Shown here one piece after another: positions 59,034 to 64,000 of a stretch of DNA of 64,000 nucleotides. The DNA is from a virus. Lineage: Duplodnaviria; Caudoviricetes. The stretch lies in the IMG/VR virus record IMGVR_UViG_3300034061_006011. One strand, written 5' to 3'. Under the pieces are notes generated by a model. It was not told the DNA's origin and ran no database searches. It saw only the letters and a program-made list of their open reading frames with translations. A program made the translations under genes and the position numbers. How positions within the stretch are numbered: the first letter of the stretch is position 1; each line of letters starts with the position of its first letter.

Positions 59034-60740
59034 TTATTGGTTAAGCAAGGAAATTACTTTTGGATCTTTTCCTGTGTAATACTTTCTTAAGATTTGTTTC
59101 ATTTCTTCTCTGTCAGATGCATAATGAAGCATATTATAAATATTTTCATTATTTAATTTATTAATATTGTCTCGACCTAATATTCTTGCCATTTTATCTT
59201 TGTTACGCACACTAACAAGCAAAGTATGAACATAATCACCAGATAATTTATTAATATTATCTTGACGTAATATTTCTGCCATTTTCTCAAGATCAGATCC
59301 TCTACTAAGCAAAACATAAACACTTTCACCAGTTAATTTATTAATATTTTCTTGCCCTAATATTCTTCCCATTTCATCTATGTCAGAAGCAACTGAATTA
59401 CGAAGCAAAATATGAACATTTTCACCAGTTAATTTATTAATATTGTCTGGACCTAATATTTCTGCCATTTTCTCTTTGTCAGGTGTGCTATAAAGCAACA
59501 GTTTAACATGAACACCAATTAATTTATTAATATTTTCTTGACGTAATATTCTTCCCATTTCATCTATGTCAGATGTTCTACTGAGCAAACTATAAACACG
59601 TCCACTAGTTAATTTATTAATATTTTCTGAACCTAATATTTCTGCCATTTTTTCTTTGTCAGGTGCATTATAAAGCAAATTAAAAACACCACTATCAGTT
59701 AATTTATCAATATTATTTTGACCTAATATTCCTGCCATTTTTTCCTTGTCATCTGCATAATGAATAAAATTATGAACATCTTCACCAGACAATTCTGTTT
59801 TATATTTAATTATTAAATTTATCATTTCCTGTCTGTCAGATGCGTCATCAAGCAAATTAGAAACATCATCATCATCTATATTATTAATATTGTCTGAACC
59901 CAATATTTCTGCTATTTTTTCCTTGTCAGATGCAACGTCAAGCAAATCAAAAACATTTTTACCAGTTAATTTATTTTTTCTCATATAAAATTTTAATTTT
60001 ACATATTCACTTTTGCGAACATCATCTAAAATTTGTGAAGGAATAATACGATTTAGATCTGAAAGTTGATATTGTTTTTCAACTGAAGTAGAACCAATTT
60101 TCTTTGGGAATTTAAGATCAGATACCGACCTAATACTTACATCTTTACTAGATTTAACCCAATTTTTCTCAACATAATCTACAGTCGTAGGTGTTGGTGC
60201 ATATGCATATGCCAAAAATTGAAGACCTTCATAAGGTGCGTACACACATATACATTTGCCATCATTACTTCCATTGTAAACAATACCTTTGCATTTATGT
60301 TGCCATAAAAAATGTTCATCATCTATTAATGCTCTTGATGCAGCAGCACTTCCAAATTGTCCACTTTCACTTATTTTTTGGTATTTTTGCCATTGTTCAT
60401 CAGTTAATTTTAATGTTAACTCAAGTATTCTTGCTTGATCTTTTAACTTATAGTTATCTCCATGTATTTGTTTGGCAACATCTGGTTCAAGAATAAAGTA
60501 TTCCTTTAAATTCTTTACTTTTAATTTAACAACAAAAGGTCCATAACCTAAATTTGTTGTGCCTTCTAATGTATAAGTAGCATACAGTCCGGGTCCATGG
60601 TGATCACCTCCACCTGCTGTAAATCCTCCGTTCATCATTCGTTGTATATATTCAAATGAAGGCGTTCTATGGAATATAGTAGCAGTGTTGTTCTGTAGGT
60701 ACAGTTCTTCAGATAAAATTAACCATTCTTTAAAGTTCAT
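59034..60740 (-). CDS. ART/PARP-like head plus 38-39 aa helical repeat tail
   Basis: IFHRT...GGGDHHGPGLYATY; repeats DKEKMAEILGxxNINKL. Confidence 0.7.
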   Translation of the reverse strand: MNFKEWLILSEELYLQNNTATIFHRTPSFEYIQRMMNGGFTAGGGDHHGPGLYATYTLEGTTNLGYGPFVVKLKVKNLKEYFILEPDVAKQIHGDNYKLKDQARILELTLKLTDEQWQKYQKISESGQFGSAAASRALIDDEHFLWQHKCKGIVYNGSNDGKCICVYAPYEGLQFLAYAYAPTPTTVDYVEKNWVKSSKDVSIRSVSDLKFPKKIGSTSVEKQYQLSDLNRIIPSQILDDVRKSEYVKLKFYMRKNKLTGKNVFDLLDVASDKEKIAEILGSDNINNIDDDDVSNLLDDASDRQEMINLIIKYKTELSGEDVHNFIHYADDKEKMAGILGQNNIDKLTDSGVFNLLYNAPDKEKMAEILGSENINKLTSGRVYSLLSRTSDIDEMGRILRQENINKLIGVHVKLLLYSTPDKEKMAEILGPDNINKLTGENVHILLRNSVASDIDEMGRILGQENINKLTGESVYVLLSRGSDLEKMAEILRQDNINKLSGDYVHTLLVSVRNKDKMARILGRDNINKLNNENIYNMLHYASDREEMKQILRKYYTGKDPKVISLLNQ

Positions 60741-60752
60741 AATGTTTATTTA

Positions 60753-62696
60753 TTATTCAAGTGAGGAAATTACTTCTGGATTTGTTCCCGTGTAATACTT
60801 TCTTAAAAATTGTCTCATTTTCTCTTTGTCATCTGCATGCATAAGCAAATTATAAATATCCATATCATTTAATTTATTAATATTGTCTGGACCTAATATT
60901 TCTGCAATTTTTTCTTTGTCATCTGCGGTATTAAGCAAAACATAAATACGATCACCAGATAATTTATTAATATTTTCTTGACGTAATATTCTTGCCATTT
61001 CAACTTTGTCAGATGCAAGACCGAGTAAAAGAGTAACATTATCATTAGTTAATTTATTAATATTGTCTGAACCTAATATTTCTGCTATTTTTTCTTTGTC
61101 AGATGCATAAGAAAGCAAAGCAAAAACATTGGCATCAGTTAATTCTTTTTTATGTTTAATTATAATACTTACCATTTGATCTTTGTCAGATGCATTCTTA
61201 AGCAAAATAGAAAGACGATCATCAGTTATTTTATTGATATTGTCTGAACCCAATATTTCTGCCATTTCAACTTTGTCAGATGCACCATGAAGCAAAATCT
61301 GAACATTTTTACCAGTTAATTTATTAATATTATCTGGACCCAATATTCTTGCTATTTTTTCTTTGTCAGATGCATAAAAAAGCAAAGCAAAAACATTGGC
61401 ATCAGTTGATTCTTTTTTATGTTTAATTATAATACTTACCATTTGATCTTTGTCAGATGCACAATAAAGCAAATTATTAACATTTTCATCATTTAATTTA
61501 TTAATATTTTCTGGACCTAATATTATTGCCATTTTATTTTTGTTAGGTGCATAATAAAGCAAATGATAAACATTATCATAATTCAGTTTATTAATATTGT
61601 CTGGACCTAATATTTCTGCCATTTTTTCTTTGTCAGATGTGGTTAAAAGCAAGTTATAAACATGATCACCAGATAATTTATTAATATTGTCTGGACCTAA
61701 GAATCTTGCCATTTCATCTTTGTCATCTGCGGTACTAAGCAAAAAACTAATATTTCTACTAGATAATTCTGTTACATGTTGAGCAATAAGTCTTGCCATT
61801 TCTTGTTTGTCAGATGCAACATCTAATAAATTACCAATAATATTATTAACAGATAATTCTTTTACATGTTGAACAATAAGTTTTGCCATTTCATCTTTGT
61901 CAGGGGCAAAAGCAAGCAAATAATGAAAATCATTATCAGATAAATTTCTGGTTTTTAATAAATTTTCAAGTTGATTCAAAGGAATTCTATTTAGATCAGG
62001 TAATGGTTTTCTTACTGGCATGCTTTCGCCTTGTTTAGTAAACAATCTTTGAGGAATTACAAGTATTCTTTTAAGTGAATTAGCTGTAAAAACAACACCT
62101 TGAGTTGGTTCATTTGTGTGAATTGTTCCAGTACCATGATCTAGAAATCCATCAATCCCACATTTTCTCAAATTAGTATTCCATAAAACAGCCTCATTTG
62201 TTTTTTCTTCTACACCATAGTAAACATCAATAGCTCTTTTTCCTGCTATTTGTTTAGTTACAAGCCATAATTTAGAATAATCGCTACGAAATATATATTT
62301 ATTGCTAATATTTTGCATGGCAGCATCAACTTCTTCTTGTGGAAATATATTTAGCAATTCCAACCCTTTTTGATTATTTACATCATCAGTCATGTGTAAT
62401 ATTTTGTCTGGTCTTGTAAACTCGCAAACATTAATATAAGGTTGATCTCCAGCAAATGGAACATTTATTTTTTTTTCAATAACATAATCTAATGGATAAA
62501 AGTAAATGCCAAAAGGTGTACTGTATGTACTTTTTGGATTGATGCCAACTTTATCAATTGCTGTAAATGTAACAACAAGATTTTCTGGATTTGGATGAGT
62601 TGCTTGTATGTGCTTTAGCGCATTCAATGGGTCACGAAATTCTTCGTCCTTGACCGTTATTGTTTCAGATAAAATTAACCATTGCTTAAAGTTCAT
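60753..62696 (-). CDS. Different ART-like head plus 38-39 aa repeat tail
   Basis: STPFGIYFYP, PFAGDQPY, DHGTGTIHTNEPTQGVVF; about 10 repeats. Confidence 0.7.
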   Translation of the reverse strand: MNFKQWLILSETITVKDEEFRDPLNALKHIQATHPNPENLVVTFTAIDKVGINPKSTYSTPFGIYFYPLDYVIEKKINVPFAGDQPYINVCEFTRPDKILHMTDDVNNQKGLELLNIFPQEEVDAAMQNISNKYIFRSDYSKLWLVTKQIAGKRAIDVYYGVEEKTNEAVLWNTNLRKCGIDGFLDHGTGTIHTNEPTQGVVFTANSLKRILVIPQRLFTKQGESMPVRKPLPDLNRIPLNQLENLLKTRNLSDNDFHYLLAFAPDKDEMAKLIVQHVKELSVNNIIGNLLDVASDKQEMARLIAQHVTELSSRNISFLLSTADDKDEMARFLGPDNINKLSGDHVYNLLLTTSDKEKMAEILGPDNINKLNYDNVYHLLYYAPNKNKMAIILGPENINKLNDENVNNLLYCASDKDQMVSIIIKHKKESTDANVFALLFYASDKEKIARILGPDNINKLTGKNVQILLHGASDKVEMAEILGSDNINKITDDRLSILLKNASDKDQMVSIIIKHKKELTDANVFALLSYASDKEKIAEILGSDNINKLTNDNVTLLLGLASDKVEMARILRQENINKLSGDRIYVLLNTADDKEKIAEILGPDNINKLNDMDIYNLLMHADDKEKMRQFLRKYYTGTNPEVISSLE

Positions 62697-62708
62697 GATG
62701 TTTATTTA

Positions 62709-64000
62709 TTATTCAAGTGAGGAAATTACTTCTGGATTTGTTCCCGTGTAATACTTTCTTAAAAATTGTCTCATTTTATTTTTGTTAGGTGCATAATAAA
62801 GCAAATTAAAAACATTATCATAATTTATTTTATTAATATTATCTGGACCTAATATTCTTGCCATTTGATCTTTATCAAATGCTCTTGAAAGCAAATCTGC
62901 AACATGAGCACCAGATAATTTATTAATATTTTCTTGACGTAATATTCTTGCCATTTGATCTTTGTCAGATACAGTGTTGTGAATAAGTAAAAATGAAACA
63001 ATGTCGCCAGTTAATTTATTAATATTGTCTGGACCTAATATTTTTAACATTTCCTCTTTGTCAGGGGCATGACGAACTAAATCACAAACATTATCATTAG
63101 TTAATTTATTAATATTGTCTGGACCTAATATTCTTGCCATTTGATCTCTGTCATCTGTGGTTAAAAGCAAGCTACCAGCATGAAAACTGTTTAATTTATT
63201 AATATTTTTTTTCCCTAATATTCTTGCCATTTGATCTTTGTCAGATGTATAATTAAGCAAATTATAAACATTTCCACCATTTAATTTGTTAATATTGTCT
63301 GGACCTAATATTTCTGCCATTTTTTCTTTATCAGATGCAAGATTAATGAAATGATAAATATCAAGATAAGACAATTCTGTTTTATATTTAATTATAAAAT
63401 TTATCATTTCATCTTTGTCAGGTGCATCAAGAAGCAAAACATGAATGTTAATACTAGTTAATTTATTAATATTGTCTGGACCCAATATTCTTGCTATTTT
63501 TTCTTTGTCAGATGCGTTCGTAAGCAAATCAAAAACATTGGAACCAGACAATTCTGTTTTATATTTAATTATAAAATTTATCATTTGATTTTTGTTAGGT
63601 GCCACCTCAATAAAATTATGAATATCTTCATCAGATAATTTATTTCTACTTAAATAAAATTTTAATTTTACATATTTACCAATTTTAAAATCATCATAAA
63701 TTTGCTTTAAAATTTCTGAAGTAACTCTTTCTGAATTTTCAATTTCATATGGTTTTTCAACTGAAGTAGAACCAATTTTCTTTGGGAATTTAAGATCAGA
63801 TATTGACCTAATACTTACATCTTTACTAGATTTGACCCAATTCTTCTCAATATAATCTACAGTCGTAGGTGTTGGCGCATATGCATATGCCAAAAATTGA
63901 AGATCTTCATAAGGTGCATACACACATATACATTTGCCGTCTTGCGCTCCATTGTAAATAATGCCTTTGCATCCATGTTCCCATAAAAAATGTCCATCAT
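62709..64000 (-). CDS. Paralog of 59034..60740, 5' end beyond the window
   Basis: Frame is open to the window edge (DGHFLWEHGCKGIIYNG...); same repeat tail. Confidence 0.8.
   Translation of the reverse strand, partial: DGHFLWEHGCKGIIYNGAQDGKCICVYAPYEDLQFLAYAYAPTPTTVDYIEKNWVKSSKDVSIRSISDLKFPKKIGSTSVEKPYEIENSERVTSEILKQIYDDFKIGKYVKLKFYLSRNKLSDEDIHNFIEVAPNKNQMINFIIKYKTELSGSNVFDLLTNASDKEKIARILGPDNINKLTSINIHVLLLDAPDKDEMINFIIKYKTELSYLDIYHFINLASDKEKMAEILGPDNINKLNGGNVYNLLNYTSDKDQMARILGKKNINKLNSFHAGSLLLTTDDRDQMARILGPDNINKLTNDNVCDLVRHAPDKEEMLKILGPDNINKLTGDIVSFLLIHNTVSDKDQMARILRQENINKLSGAHVADLLSRAFDKDQMARILGPDNINKINYDNVFNLLYYAPNKNKMRQFLRKYYTGTNPEVISSLE

Noticed and set aside
59034-63500. Calling the repeats ankyrin or LRR
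   Set aside because: Period of 38-39 aa and absence of TPLH or LxxLxLxxN consensus; left unnamed
59034-64000. Diversity-generating retroelement TR/VR pair
   Set aside because: Differences between paralogs include synonymous C/T changes and are not adenine-restricted; no reverse transcriptase in the window

Overview
64 kb of an AT-rich, large (jumbo-type) bacteriophage genome with T4-like regulatory logic. No capsid, tail, polymerase, rRNA, integrase or CRISPR features are visible. Four zones. (1) 1-14 kb, plus 39.6-45.3 and 57.9-64 kb: genes behind an ATAAATA late-promoter box, mostly without SD. About 21 of them start with a peptide resembling the T4 capsid-targeting sequence, and many carry ADP-ribosyltransferase-like folds. 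(2) 14-21 kb: a GC-richer, origin-like island with 19 phased copies of a 19-22 bp motif, palindrome arrays, a ParB gene and a recurrent structured 5' leader. (3) 21-39.5 kb: about 45 small minus-strand early genes built as promoter/hairpin/SD/terminator cassettes, with signs of duplication and shuffling. (4) 40.8-57.9 kb: two sigma-like genes, 14 translationally coupled Ser/Trp/Cys-rich microproteins, an Sm-like gene, rIIA, a permuted GHKL ATPase, ACP, a CsrA homologue and two tRNAs. The host is probably a planctomycete (inference). All family calls come from recalled motifs; no database search or computation was run. Many starts were moved downstream of the ORF-track start to the SD-supported codon.
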